Position numbers and translations under genes: made by a program. DNA of 64,000 nt, taken from positions 119,538,001 through 119,602,000 of the forward strand of contig NC_087436.1 in assembly GCF_036321535.1 (NCBI RefSeq), written 5' to 3'. The DNA is from Camelus dromedarius. Lineage: Eukaryota. Below the pieces are notes generated by a model, which searched no databases, was not told the DNA's origin, and saw nothing but the letters and a program-made list of their open reading frames with translations. This document shows, one piece after another, positions 48,401-61,053 of the stretch. Every line of letters begins with the position of its first letter. Positions within the stretch are counted from its first letter, which is position 1.

Positions 48401-49799
48401 GGGACATCATGTTATTAGTACAGGTAACACAGGTCCTGTCAGGGCCCTTAAGAGGCCTCAGAGAAGGTGTTTGTTTATTTTGCGTTTTAGTTTGGTTTAG
48501 AGCAGCATTCGGGAAGGAGCAAGTTATACAGTTATGCTTTGCATACATTTCAAAAACACCAAACAATTACCTAATTTCTCTGTGGAGAAATTTTCACGCA
48601 GTGAAAGTGGAAACGCTGGATGTGTGTGTCCCAGTTTCGCCGCACTGTTGCCCTGGGAGAGGAAGGCGGGCAGGCCCTGGGGAGGGTCTGAGGGAGACCT
48701 GTGTCTGCCGTGTTTCATTTCTTATAATAAAAAGATCTCAAGCAGTGATAGAAGGAGTGATGAGAAACTGTAAGAATTTAAGAGCTTTAGAAACTATAAG
48801 AATTCCAGAACTATAAGAACTTCCTTAAACTGTAAGAAAAAGAAATTCAAGTACCAGGTATGTGCCACCTTGCTCTGCCCATGACTGAAAGTTTTCACAA
48901 CTATAACTTTGTGGGAGTTAGAGTGAAGGGGAATTAAAGAGACGAGATTAAGACCAGGCCTGAGAGTAGCCCCTGAAACGCACATTGCGGGGTCCTGAGC
49001 GGCCGTGGAGGAGGCCATGACCCAGCTTTTAGGCAGCTGAATTAAAGTAAGATTTTGGGAAGTGATTTGTCACTGTTTCTCAAGGGCCTTCTTACTTGGT
49101 TTAGGAATTCAATCTGGGGAATTAAGGGAGGAAAAAGAATTTGGACAAAGAAATAAATAGGTGAGAAGATGTTTATCAGAATCATTTACAGTAGTAAACA
49201 TTTGGAAACAAGAGAGGATAATAAATAAGTTATTATACATTTATGTGCTAGAAGATTTTGTATCGTTTTAATAAAAATGGTGGTGATGAGAAAATTTAAT
49301 AATGTAGGAGAACGCTTATGGTTACATTTTAAGTGAAAAACAAAAAGCAAAATTATTCATGCCATATGATACATGTGTGGGGGGAAAAATAAATGTAAAG
49401 CATCCAGGAGGAATAGACCAGAATGTTATCAGGGACGTCCCCAGCTGGTGAGAGTTACTGCTTTTTATTTCCGGAAGTGTAATAGTTTAGGTCTAATTTA
49501 AGAACAGGAAAGCTGTGCTGCAGGGCAGCCTGGTGACGGAGCAGTGAGGGGTAGCTCACTTCCAGCCTGGTGAGCTCTAAGTGCTTTGTGCTTGTCAGCC
49601 TCATTTGAGCCACGTGACTTCCCTGTTGGTAAGCATTGTGATTGTCCCCATTTACAGATGAGGGCACTGAGGCCCAGAGAAGTTCAGTGATTTGCCCAAG
49701 TAGGATTCACATGCCTGGTGGGTGCAGAGCCGGGGCCCCCCACCTTGGAGCCCTGATTCTCCTGGATTGGCCACTCCTTGTTGGCGCCAGGGTCTGCTT

Positions 49800-50700
49800 G
49801 CTGTGTTAATCTGCCTGGGCTGCAGCCCCCAGATATTTGGTCAAACACAAGTCTAGGTGTCACCGTGAAGATATTTTTCAGATGAGAGTAACATTTAAAT
49901 CATATAGACTTGGAGAAAAGCAGATGACCCTCTGTACTGTGGGTGGGCCTCGCCTAATCAGTTGGAGACTTTAGAGGAAAAAGACTGAGGTCCTTGAGGA
50001 AGAGGGAGCTCTGCCAGCAGACAACCTTCAAACTCAGCCGCAGTGTCAGGTTTTCCCTGGGTCTCCAGCTTGCCCTGCAGATTGTGTGTGTGTGCGTGCG
50101 CGCATGTGTGTTTAATTGAAGTATAGTTGATTTGCAATGCTGTGTTAATTTCTGGTGTATAGCATAGAGATTTGGTTGTACACATGTATATATATTCCTT
50201 TTCATATTTTTTTTCATTATAGGCTATTGCAAGGTAATGAATATAGTTCCCTGTGCTGTACAGTAGGACCTTGGTGTTTATTTTATATATGGTAATGTGT
50301 ATCTGCAAATCCTGAACTCCCAACTTATCCCTCCCCACACCATTTCCCCTCTGGTAATCATAAATTTGTTTTCTATGTTTGTGAGTCTGTCTCTGTTTTG
50401 TAAATAAGTTCATTTGTGTCCTTTTCTTAGGTTCCACATATGAGTGATCTCATATGGTCCTTTTCTCTCTCTTTCTGGCTGACGTCACCTAGGATGACGA
50501 CCTCCATGTCCCTCCATGTTGCTGCCTGCCCTGCAGATTTTGGATTTGCCAGCCCTCACAATCGCATGAGCCAGTTGCTTAAAATAAACCTCTGTTTTTC
50601 TCTCTGTCTCTCTGCAGGCAGACACACACACACACTCCTTGCCGCTCTCTCTCTCTCTCTCTCTCTCTGTTGGTTTTGTGTCCGGAGAACCCTGATGGCT
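49800..50700 (+). mobile_element. ERVL LTR (MLT2-like), split by an L1 insertion
   Basis: cccagatatttggtcaaaca...gtgaagatatttttcagatgag...aagcagatgaccctc...gtgggtgggcctc. The element resumes at 50523 with cctgcagattttggatttgccagcc...aaaataaacc...ggagaaccctga. Confidence 0.85.
50084..50523 (-). mobile_element. 5'-truncated L1 (cetartiodactyl-type 3' end) with a 13-bp TSD
   Basis: aattgaagtatagttgattt...ttccctgtgctgtacagtaggacc...taaataagttcatttgtgtc...ttccacatatgagtgat. Flanked by TGCCCTGCAGATT at 50071-50083 and 50527-50539. Confidence 0.9.
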
Positions 50701-51933
50701 ACAGGCCCCTTTGAGGACCAGGTCAGAGAACCGCATGTCACCTCTGTTGGGGTGTATGTCCTACAGTTCCCCCTGGATGTGTTACTTTGGGACACTGAGG
50801 GCCTGGCTTCCACACCAGCGAGATGCGTGGGTGGTCCTCATGCAACTGCACGTCCAGAGCGTGGCTGCTGGTCCCTGCTGCCTGTGGCGTGATTCTCCGC
50901 CACCCGGCAGGAAACCCCTCTCGATATTGGCAGGTTGTTCCCTACTTTCAAAGCACACGATCATTTGGCAGCTTTTTTCCTGCTTTCATCCCACAGATCA
51001 GCCCTGAAATGGAATTTCTCAGCACTAACGTTCCCCTGCTCTGGGGAACGTTACCCCCTCTAGCTGTTCCGACTGCGCTTTTCTAATCTCCCTTCATAAA
51101 TCAAAATCCCAGCTATTAATCATCTCTGGCTCTCAGAGCAGTCTTTTTACTTCTCTCGTGTGGGTAGCAATGCTTATCCCCCTTTCCTATCCCAAATGGA
51201 GATTGATTATCCTCATCTGAGTGTGGGAGATAAGAATCACCGTGCCCGGAGCCCAGGCGGGGCTGTGCAGGATTCAGAAGCTCCCAGCGCCCTTGGCCAG
51301 CCGGAGCCTGAGCCCTCTGCCCAGGCCTGGGGCTGGGCTCTCAACCTGGGGCATAGCAGCAGACATGGTGTATCCCTGCTGCAGAGGCTCATGTCGTGTG
51401 CAGGGCCACAGTCTGCTCACAGATGTGTGCTGCTGCTCTGAGAGGCATTCTGGACCTCTCAGGAGCCAGTCAAGATCCTTCCTAGGGTGAGGAGGGTGGC
51501 TTCTCCAGTGGGGGGTGAACTTTGTTAGTCAGCCGGCGTGTCGGGCGCAGGCCTGGTTGGTGTGGCGGGAGCGGTGCCTGTGCACAGGGACTTCCGAGCA
51601 GCACGTTCCACTGCCTCCTGTCATGCTCGGTCTGGCATTCTGTGCCCACCGGGACCCTGGCCCCCTGTGGCTGGCCCCCTCCCACAGCACCCACAACCCT
51701 AGGCTGCCTGTGTAAACAGTTCAAGTATGTTCACTGTGAAAGACAGCACACAGTAAGATGCACAGTTTGTTAAAGGGACAAGGGAGTGAATGATTCTTCA
51801 GGCTCTGATCTGCGATTTGGCATGAAAATTTGGCTTAACTATGGAGACCCCATGTGCGCTGGGTGGGTGGCCAGTGTCAGAGATAAAGCTGGACACTAGC
51901 TACTGTGACAGATTTCAATCAGTAGTAACTATT

Positions 51934-52390
51934 TGAGATAGGCTGGGACCTGGGACCCTTGCTGCAGACAAATGTCTCCTAGAGCAACAGAACACAAAGA
52001 AACTATAAGGAACTAAAAACAACTGTGTGCATGTGTGATTGGGGCAAATTATAAACAAAAAGATACAAAAAGATCAAAAACCCAACTGCCACTTCTGAGG
52101 TTTTGGGAGCAAAGGCAGGGTCCTGTGTGTAATCCCTGCACACAGTACCACCAACAGGGTGGGCAGACCACCTAAGCCACCTCTGCAGCCCGACCCTGGA
52201 CCCACTCCCACCCTCACCCCACTTAAGGGACTAGCTCGCCCGTCCTCTGGGAGTGAGCAAGGACACCTGTCACTTGTTTTCGCTCCCTCTTGCAGCAGGA
52301 GTCCCAGTAAAGCCTTGCCTGAACTTCTCGTCTGGATTCGTATCAATTTCTTTCTATTGGTTAGGGAGTCCGAGAACCTGGTAGGTAACA
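51934..52390 (+). mobile_element. Solo ERV LTR (~457 bp), apparently nested in an older LTR-like element (~51875-52770)
   Basis: TG...CA termini (tgagataggctgggacc...ggtaggtaaca), poly(A)-like AGTAAA at 52306-52311 followed by a U5-like gccttgcctgaa..., and an A-rich U3. Confidence 0.7.
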
Positions 52391-52995
52391 GTATCACAAC
52401 AGGGAAGAGTCCAGCGTGTCCTGAGCTCCCCTTGGATTTGTGCAGAGATGACTGGGCATCCTACAGGGAGAGTAAGGGAGTGGAAGAGTGGTTGATGAAG
52501 TCAGGGAGGTGCAAATTACAGAGTGGGATGGGGTGTAGGCACACATGACACCCACCTGGGTTTGCTGACTGTGCTGGAGTCAGGCCCTCCCCTCTCACAG
52601 AGGTTGGGACACGGGCCCTCCTCAGGTGTGAGCTGGGACAAACTAAGTTCTTGTGAGCCTTCAGCTTCTCAGGCAGACTCTTAAAGGGCGACTGGGGTCC
52701 TCCTAGGGAGGTGGCCCTTGAGCTGTTAGAAACTACGTTGGTGTTTGTTCAAGTCTTTGCAGGCCAAGGTGGCAGCCTGAGAAAGGGTGTTGTGGAGGCT
52801 GTTTCGAGCTGGGTTGAGGAGGGAATCTTTGTCACCTCCCAGGTGTGGATTTGGGATTCTCATGGGGTGAGCCTCTGTGGAGGAGGGGGGCCCACCTCTG
52901 TCTCCATCCCCAGAGATTGCTGTGCACTTGACCGAATGCAAAAGATGACATCCCAGGAGACCCGCAGATTAGCCAAACACGAAGGATAAGACAAT

Positions 52996-53362
52996 GGCTG
53001 TGGGCTGAACTGTGTCCCCCAAATTCATGTGTTGAAGCCCCAACCCCCAAAGTGACTGTCTTTGGAGACAGGGGCTGTAAGGAGGTGATTAAGGTTAAAT
53101 GAGGCCATGAGGGTGGGGCCCTGAGCCTATAGGGTTAGTGTCCTTATAAGAAGGGACACCAAGCTCGCTCGCTCTTCACCATGTGAGGGCACAGCGAGAA
53201 GGCAGCTGTCTGCAAGTCAGGAAGAGAGCCCGCACTGGAAGTTGACCCTGCTGACATCTTGATCTCGGACTTCTGGCCTTCAGAACCATGAGGAAATAAA
53301 TCTGTTATTTCAACCCCCTAGTTTGCATTATTTCGTTCCAACAGGGAGTGCTGACTCAGACA
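52996..53362 (+). mobile_element. MaLR LTR (MLT1A/B-like)
   Basis: tgtgggctgaactgtgtcccccaaattcatgtgttgaagccc...aaggttaaatgaggccatgagggtggggccct...gtccttataagaag...gaaataaatctgtt. Confidence 0.88.
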
Positions 53363-54029
53363 GTGACCGATGAGCAGACAGACCAACAGGAAGGGGGAAG
53401 AATACAGAAGGAGAAAGAACACAAAATTGGCCAAACCCAGAGGCTCAGCTGTGTTTTCTCCTGACAAGAAAGACCCTGCAGAACATTCGCTTTTGCTGAA
53501 TCACAGGGTCTGTCTCCAGATGTGGCCTCATGCTGTTCTCAGCCGACAGAGGACAAGGGGAGACTGCAGATGTCCTGGCACAAGGCCCCAGGATCCACCC
53601 CGTCCGCACGCCCAAGAGCTGCAGGAAGAATCCGCTGGGTGGGGCGAGACTCACTGCACCGAGTGGCCCCTCCAGAGACGAGGGCTGACTGCACTTGTTC
53701 CCGGTTTTGGCCATGAGATTCTGTGGGCCTCCCCTAAATGCGGCTTGAGCAGGGCCTTTGATGGACAAGGCAGGCTTGTCACACGCTGTGCAAAGCAGGG
53801 ACATTTCTGAGACAGATTTTCGGGTCCTCTGCAGAGAGGCTCTGTGGAGGTGTGTGTTCTGTCGTCTGCCACACCAGTGGCTGCAGCCGGGGAAGGGCAA
53901 GATCCTCAGGGTGCCGGGTGCTCTGATTTCTCCCAGGCGAACTGCTCAGACCAGAGCGGGCCGCAGCCCCTGTTCTGTGGCCCTGTGCTAACCAGGGTCG
54001 CAGAGCGCGCATCAGGGTCCTAGGGCTGG

Positions 54030-54420
54030 AGGACCTCGTTGCTGCAAACTGAGTGCCTTAAAACAACACAAATTCACGCTCACTGTTCAGGAGGCCCGAA
54101 GTCTGACATCACGGTTGTTGCCAGGTGGCTTCTTCTGGAGGGTCTGTTCCAGGCCCCTCCCCCAGCTTCCAGTGGTTTGTCGTGGCCACATCACTCCAGG
54201 CTCTGCCTCCATCCTCACTCCGTCTCCTCTGAGTGTCCCTGTGTCTCAGATCTCCCTCTATCTTACAAGGACACTAGTCATTGGATTTAGCGCCCACCTT
54301 AAATCCAGGATGAGCTCATCTCAAAAGCCTTAATCTGCAAAGGCCCTGTTTCCAGATAAGGTCATAGTCGCCGGTTCTGGGTGTCGTATCTTTCTAGAGC
54401 CCTCATTTCATTCACTTCAG
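54030..54420 (-). mobile_element. MaLR LTR (MLT1B/C-like)
   Basis: ttaaaacaacacaaattc...tcttacaaggacactagtcattggatttagcgcccacc...aatccaggatga...tctgcaaaggccctgtttccagataaggtca. Confidence 0.82.
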
Positions 54421-55087
54421 AGGGATGCAACTGAACAGGGACTAATGGTACCATTTACAGAGACGTGCTGGGGCAAGGGGGCCCACGTTCAGTAGCCACA
54501 TCTGCATCCCAGGGACGAGATGAGTCCACACCCTTACCCACCATGATGTCCTCCAGGCCCGGGGCCCGGCTGGCAAGTGACTCAGGGATGACCAGGTGCG
54601 GAAGGACTGGAGGGATGGTCTGTGATGGCAGCAGGTGAGGAGGAGTCCTCCAGGCAAGAGGGGGCAAGAGGCAGGACAGGTGTGTTCTGGACTCAGAGGG
54701 AACCCCTGGGGGCCAGGCCAGAGAGCCCGGTCTTCCAAGCTCAACGCTGTAAGCTCGCCAAGCCAGCATCTCCCTGACCCTTCACCGCCCTCTGGGTGGC
54801 CGATGGCCTTCAGGCAGGTGAGCGAGCGCAGGCCTATCTGAGGCTGGGCTGCCCGGCAGCGGAGGGGAGCACTGTCGGAACAGGCTCCAAAGGGCAGTGG
54901 GGATGGTCTTGTTCAGCGCCCCTGCAATCTGCCCGAGGCCTGGGCGTCTGCACTTGCCCTTCCCTCTGCCTAGACCGCTCTTTCCCCAGACACCCACCTG
55001 GCTGCTTCTCTCACCTCTTTGAAGCGTTTGTCAAATGCCCTTTCTTAGTGAGGATAGTGCCTTTTGGAATGTTTAAAATTGCACCTT

Positions 55088-55147
55088 TGTGTGTGTGTGT
55101 GTGTGTGTCTATGTGAGTGTGTATGTCTATGTGAGTGTGTATGTGTA
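55088..55147. repeat. (TG)n microsatellite with duplicated tgtctatgtgagtgtgta units
   Basis: Read directly; it adjoins a short antisense L1 fragment (55148-55250). Confidence 0.8.
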
Positions 55148-56279
55148 TAGCTTTATGCAATTTTATCACATGTGTAGATTCATATAAATACCACTGCAGT
55201 CAAGACGCAAAATGGATCCACCCCCACAAGGCTAACTCATGCAACTCCTTTTTTTTTTCTTTTAAAATTGCATCTTGAGAGGGCACTTGAGCTGTGGCCC
55301 TAAAGAAAGCAGAGCCTGAGGCTAGGATTGGGGTGTTAATGCTTCAGCTGGGAGCTGCACGCCCAGGCCGGTGAGGGTGAGGGGGAAGGGAACCAGTGAG
55401 GAGAGGGAAAGGGGCCACCGTGTCACCAGTGTCATGGTGAACTGACGATGCGCAGGAGGCCATTCAGCACATAGCAGTTCTCCGGAAAGTTGGCAGGAAG
55501 GGGTTGTATTTTGGAGGAGTCCGCAGGTGAGGGCACGGGGTGGGGGGGGGGCATGTCTGCTCACTCCTCTCTCCGCCCCGCTTCTTACTGGTCAAGGTTC
55601 ACGCCAGGAGCTAATCCGCTCACCAATCCGGGTGGTTCCACTCAGCCCTCGCTGGCCATTCAGGGGTCCAGAGCCCAGGGGGTGTTTTCTCCGAGTCTGA
55701 AAGCACAGGGGCCCCAGGCGCAGGTGGGTGCCAACCACGGGGGAGGAAGGAGGTGGGCCAGGAGACTAGCGGAGCCCAGGGTCGGTGGTCAGACCCCCAC
55801 CGTGCCCCCAGCCCTCTCTCCTGCCTTCTTTTTCTCCTTGGAATTAGTATCTGATAGACTTGAGTTTTATTTATTTCTCTGTTTATTGTCTCCCTCCCTC
55901 CACTAGAGAGTAAGTGTGGGAGGGGAGGGTCCCGGCTGGGCCTGCACCTCGTGTTTTGAGTAGTGTCTGCCCCCCGATAGGCACGCGGTAAACATTTGTT
56001 GAATGAAGGCACGAACGAGGATTCTCTCCCGTTGACCCAAAGGAGAGTCTGTTGTGAGTGGGAGTTTTCAAGATATTGAATCACACTTTTTTCTCCTTGA
56101 TTCTTAAATGGTTTCTCGATTCTGTGCTGTGGGTAATATTCATTTAACCGCATCGTTCCGAAGGCCGTCCGTGTACTGGCCCCCGTGTTTTAGAGGCTCC
56201 TGGACAGAGCCCACAAGACTCCGTTGGAGGAAGAGGACAGGATGAGGATATATAAATCTGGGCTTCGTGAGACAAATAC

Positions 56280-56282
<3 letters not shown>

Positions 56283-56315
<33 letters not shown>
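56283..56315. repeat. (TG)16 microsatellite
   Basis: Perfect TG run read directly. Confidence 0.95.
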
Positions 56316-56317
<2 letters not shown>

Positions 56318-56779
56318 GTGGGGGAGGGGCAAACGTCTGGAAGGAGCCACACCCACCTGTGCACAGTGGCTGCGGGGCGGGAGGAATGGCACTTGTACTT
56401 TTTACTTCATACCCTTTTTTATCTACCTCTGAACTTGGCGGTTCTTTGTGACTCCTACATTAAACATCTTGTTTCTAAATTTTAAAAGAAAGTCCAACTT
56501 GAGGCTCTGGGAAAGTGACCCTCAGTGTGAGTCCAGCTTAGGCCCCAGGGGTTGGAGGCTGCAGAGGAGCCCCGGGCAGCGTGGCCATGCCGGCCCCTCC
56601 TGGGGAGGGTGGAACGGGCATCTTGGGTGTCAGTCGAGCTTGGAGAGTGTCACGGGCAGACAGCTCAGGACACGTGGTCTGGTGTGTTTCCCGGGCGGGC
56701 ACTCTGAGGGAGGTGGGTGCGCTCGGCATCAGGAGTGCGGGGGTTGGCCATTAACTATGCCTGTGACCTTGGGCAAGTC

Positions 56780-57110
56780 TCTTCACTCACTTGTTTGTTC
56801 ATTCCTTCATTCCTCGTTCCCGGAAGGGCTACTCCGCACTGACCCAGTGTGTGAGGAATGAGACACGGCCACCACCCTCAGGGAGCCCACAGACTAGTGG
56901 GGGAGATGACATACACACCGATGTCATTCATTCCACGCAGGTGATGTGTAAGTGCTGTTCCTGAGGGGAGGGGCCCAGGGGCCCACACTCAGAGATCAGG
57001 GCAGGCTTCCTGGAGGAGGTGGTTCTGGAGTCTTTGAGGCATTAGCCAGGCAGATGAGGGGGAAGGGGTGTTGGCTGGGGGCTGGGAGAGGTGTTCCAGA
57101 GGCAGAGGAG
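56780..57110 (-). mobile_element. L2 3' fragment
   Basis: ttgttcattccttcattc..., gccaccaccctcagggagcccacagactagtggggg..., tcagggcaggcttcctggaggaggtg. Similar L2 pieces occur near 11900-12150, 15300-15610, 26950-27150 and 55850-56010. Confidence 0.6.
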
Positions 57111-58469
57111 AGGCTGTGAGGGGTGACTTTATCGCTGCCCAGGTGGGAGAAGCGGGGAGGAGAGGTAAGTAAACCACATGGGGAGAAGCTGGCCCGTGGT
57201 GGGGCTCAGGACACAGAATCCCACCCCCAAGCTTGAGCCTGCCCACAGATGACCTTGATGAGGTAGGCAAGCCACCTTCATCCGTTAGAACAGCCAGCAC
57301 TGGGCACCGATCCCAAGGGCTGGGGTGCCCCATGAACCCCCTAGAGCCTTGTAGGCAGTCCTGTGTGGCCTTGGGCTCCCGCACAGCCAGAGCCCCCCCA
57401 GCGAGATCCAGGGCTCTGACTCTCTGTGAGGAGGGGCGAGGGCACAGTGTGACCCGTGAGTGAGCTGCAGGGCCTCTGGCAGGAGCGGCTGTGCTGACAG
57501 AGGAGACCGCTGGACCGTGGACAGAGGGACGGGCCCACCCGCAAGTCAGCAGCCTCCTGCCACGAGCATTACAAGACATTTGGAGATTTTTAAAGTTTGG
57601 TCAAAATCCTTGGCTTATAAATGGCAGGCCCAGGTATTAGAACCAATTTAAAATGTTTTAAAACATGCCAAAAAATTCAGAAAATAACCCCAATGCACTG
57701 ACATTCCCACCATGGACACTCTACAGGTTTAGATTTCCTGATCTCCAAAACCATCCAGGGACCTGAATGTTGCCGGCACAGCAGGGGTGCAGACCCTTCC
57801 TGCCTCCCCCTCTGCCCGAAGCAGCTCTGGTCCCCAGGCTGGTGCTGCCGTTCTTATGAGGCTTGGCTCCTGCATCACGTTCTATCTGTGATACCTGTGG
57901 CTGCCCGCATTTACGTAGAGGGCAGCACCAGCTACCCCCCTGGCGACTGGCTCAGCTCGCTGCACACCCAGTTTTTGGAGGTTTATCTGTGTTGATACAT
58001 GTGGCTCTAGTTCATTCATCTCAATTGTGTTCTCCCATGTCAATGAGTTGTAGCTTCTCTGGCTCCCTCGAGGGGGGGCCGAGACCTGGCTTCTGTTCTC
58101 ACATGGTTGTGCCCTGTATTAGCTTCCCATTGCTGCATAACAGATGACCCCAAATAGCCCACACTCATTATCTCCCGGTTCTGAGGGCTGAGGGTCTGCA
58201 CAGGGTGAACCAGTTCTCTGCTTTGGGTCCCTTGAGTGACCCCTGTCTCTGAACCTCTGGTTATGTGAGGATGGTTCCTTTTCCTTGTTGTTTAAGCCAT
58301 TTGGGGTTGAGATTTAAGTATTTACCATCAAAGGCAACCTTAACTTCCTAAGACCCTGCAGATCAGAGGAGGTGGGAGGTCCAGTCCAGGGCATCTGGCT
58401 GGCAGCACGAGGCCGACATTTGGACACCAGCCTAAGGCTCCTGCACGAAGCTGCTAAGCAAAGGGCACT

Positions 58470-58880
58470 GGTGTCCTGTAAGAGGTCCACAAACCGGGGG
58501 CTTACAGCATGGAAATGTGTTCTCTCACAGTTCCGGAGGCCAGAAGTTCATAGTCAAGGTGTTGGCAGGGCTAGCTCCTTCTGAGGCTGAGAGGGACGAT
58601 CTGCCATGGGCCTCCGCCCTGGCTTCTGGGGCTGTGCTGGCCGTCTTGGCTTCTGGAAGCACCCTGGCCGCTGCCTCCACCTTCACAGGGCCTTCTCCCC
58701 GTATGCCTGTTTGTGTCCAATTTCCCATTTTGATGAGAACATCGGTCGCACTGGGTTAAGGTCCACGCTGCTCCAGTGTGACTGCATCTGAATTACTCTT
58801 GCAGTGGAACTTATTTCTAAATAAGTTCACGGTCTGAAGTACCAGGGGTTAGGAGGTCAGCAGATGATTTTGGGGAGGAT
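58470..58880 (-). mobile_element. MaLR LTR (MLT1B/C-like)
   Basis: cacaaaccgggggcttac...tctcacagttccggaggccagaagttc...caaggtgttggcagggc...ttatttctaaataagttcacggtctgaagtaccaggggttagga. Confidence 0.85.
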
Positions 58881-60574
58881 GAAATTCAAACCGTCACAGG
58901 CAGTTAATATTGTTAGCCCCACCACTTTATTAGAATTTCATCCCACCGTGCCAACCCCTCACACAGATCGGAAACTGGAGTATCCTTCGTCCTGTGAGCT
59001 CAGTGCTCAGAGGAACCGTGGGGAAGGGCGAGGGTGGTCCTGGCTCCAGCCTGACGCTAACTCTGTGCCAAGGGGTCTTGGCCTGAATGCAGTTTCTTCC
59101 CCTGGTGAAACAGAGCCCACCGCTGCCTCCTCTCCTCCAGGGTGGCCCCGCGGGTCCGCTCACTGTGAACAGGCCTGGTAACCTGACAAGTGCTGGCCGA
59201 GGGTAGCTTATCTTGGGCTGGAAGCTGCCGTGGTGCTGGGGGAGAGGGCCTGGTCCCGGGGAGGGGAGGCCCAGAGCCACAGGGACAGACCTATCCGACG
59301 TTCACGGTTCCACCAGGGTGCCAAGGCTCGAGTGGAAGGCGGGTCTCCGGAGGATTAATGTTTCGGATTAATTGCTGGTGCATCTCACTGCTCTGAATGG
59401 TTCTGAAAATTACTGCGTGAGAAATGATCGGAAAGGCGGGGAGCAAAGCCCAGGTTCCGCCTGCGAATGCGTTCTCTGAGTCTTCTCTGGTAAGAACAAA
59501 CCCTCTGAGGCTTCCAGAAGGGAGAAGGGTGGGCCACTTGCTAAGTAGACCAGAAATAACTCCGTAACTGCTCCTCTACGAACGTGCTTGCATGGCCAGC
59601 CGCCCAGGCTTTCTTCACAGCCTCGTCTGTAAATCAGGAAACACGAAACACATTTAAATTGCCCTGCGATTTTAGCACATCTGGGGCAGCTTGCTGGAGT
59701 CAGCGCGCGGACTCCCTAATGTCCAGGAGCTGATAGTTTGAGGGATTTGGGGCCGGGGAGACTAAGCGATGTTCTGCCTGCGTCGAGATGTCACGTACGG
59801 TCCTGCTCTCCCCAGTTTACTCCTGGAGGGAGGGTTTTAGACTGGAAAGCTCTCCTCCCGCCAGCTTTCTGCGCACTTAATCGTGCACAGGGTTTACAGT
59901 TGGACAGGCCTGGGTTCCAAACTCAGATCTGCTGTGTGACCCCGGACAAGTCAGTCAATCCGCTCACTCGCCGCCTGGGAAGTGGGGATGTTTGGACACC
60001 TTGCAGGGCCTCCAGGAGATGATGCCAGGCAAGGTGGACAGATGCCCGGTGCAGAGCCGGTGCCCAGAAGAGGCCAGACCTCCATGGCAGCCCTGCTCTG
60101 GAGAGCACAAGTTTGACTTCCTCTACGGGCTCTGCTCCATCCTCTACCTGAAACCTGCTCTCGGGCGGTGTCAAGTGGGAGGACAGTTTGCTGTTCTTCA
60201 GGAAGGTCAGGATGCACATCCCCTCGGATCCAGCGGCCCGGGAGGGTGGGGCTGGGTCCACACAGCTAAAGCGGATGCGGACGTGCCTTGTCCACATAAC
60301 GCGGCCCTGGGTGGGTCTCCTGGTGTCGGGTGACAGCCGAGCTCTGGGTCTAGACGTACACGTGGGCTGAGGATGCAGAACCGCACAGCATGGCGAGGCC
60401 CCTGTGACGTCACAGTCGGGCCCTGGCTACCTCAGGGCTGCCACCGGGAAGGGCTCAGGGCCTCTGGGGCCTCCCTGTTCTGCTTCTTGTCCTGGGCTGG
60501 GGCCATGCGGGTTAGAGTCACAGTGAAGCTGGACATCTCTGTCTCGCATACTCTTGTGCTTGTGTATTAGACTG

Positions 60575-61053
60575 TGTGGTGGATTCAGTCGTGGTCCCCC
60601 CGCAAATTCATATGCTGGTGTCCTCACTCCAGGACCTGAGAATGTAGCCTTATTTGGAGACAGGATCTTTACATACGATCAAATTAAAGGGAGGTCTTCA
60701 GGGTGGGTCCTGATCCAACATGACCGTGTCTTTATAAAAATGGAACCTTTGGATACAAGGTCACACACACACGTGTGCGCACACACAGAGAATGCCATGT
60801 GATAATGAAGGCAGAGATCTGCAGGCCAAGGAACCCCAAGAACAGCCAGCAAGCCCCCTGACACCAGGAGAGAGGCCTGGAGCAAATCCTCCGTCGCAGG
60901 CTCAGAGGGAGCCAGCCTGCTGACACCTGAGCCCAAACTTCCCACACCTGATCTGAAACTTCTAACCCCCAGAACTGGGAGGCGGTACATTTCTGTGATT
61001 TAAGCCACTCGATTTGTAATTCTTTGCGACAGCAGCCCTAGGAAACTAATAAA
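60575..61053 (+). mobile_element. MaLR LTR (MLT1B/C-like), near full length
   Basis: tgtggtggattcagtcgtggtccccc...gccttatttggagacagg...gaaggcagagat...ctcagagggagccagcctgctgacacc...gcagccctaggaaactaata. Confidence 0.88.

Noticed and set aside
49958..50437. 159-aa ORF MEPKKRTQMNLFTKQ...
   Set aside because: Read-through of an L1 3' UTR, a microsatellite and an MLT2 LTR; a typical repeat-derived spurious ORF.
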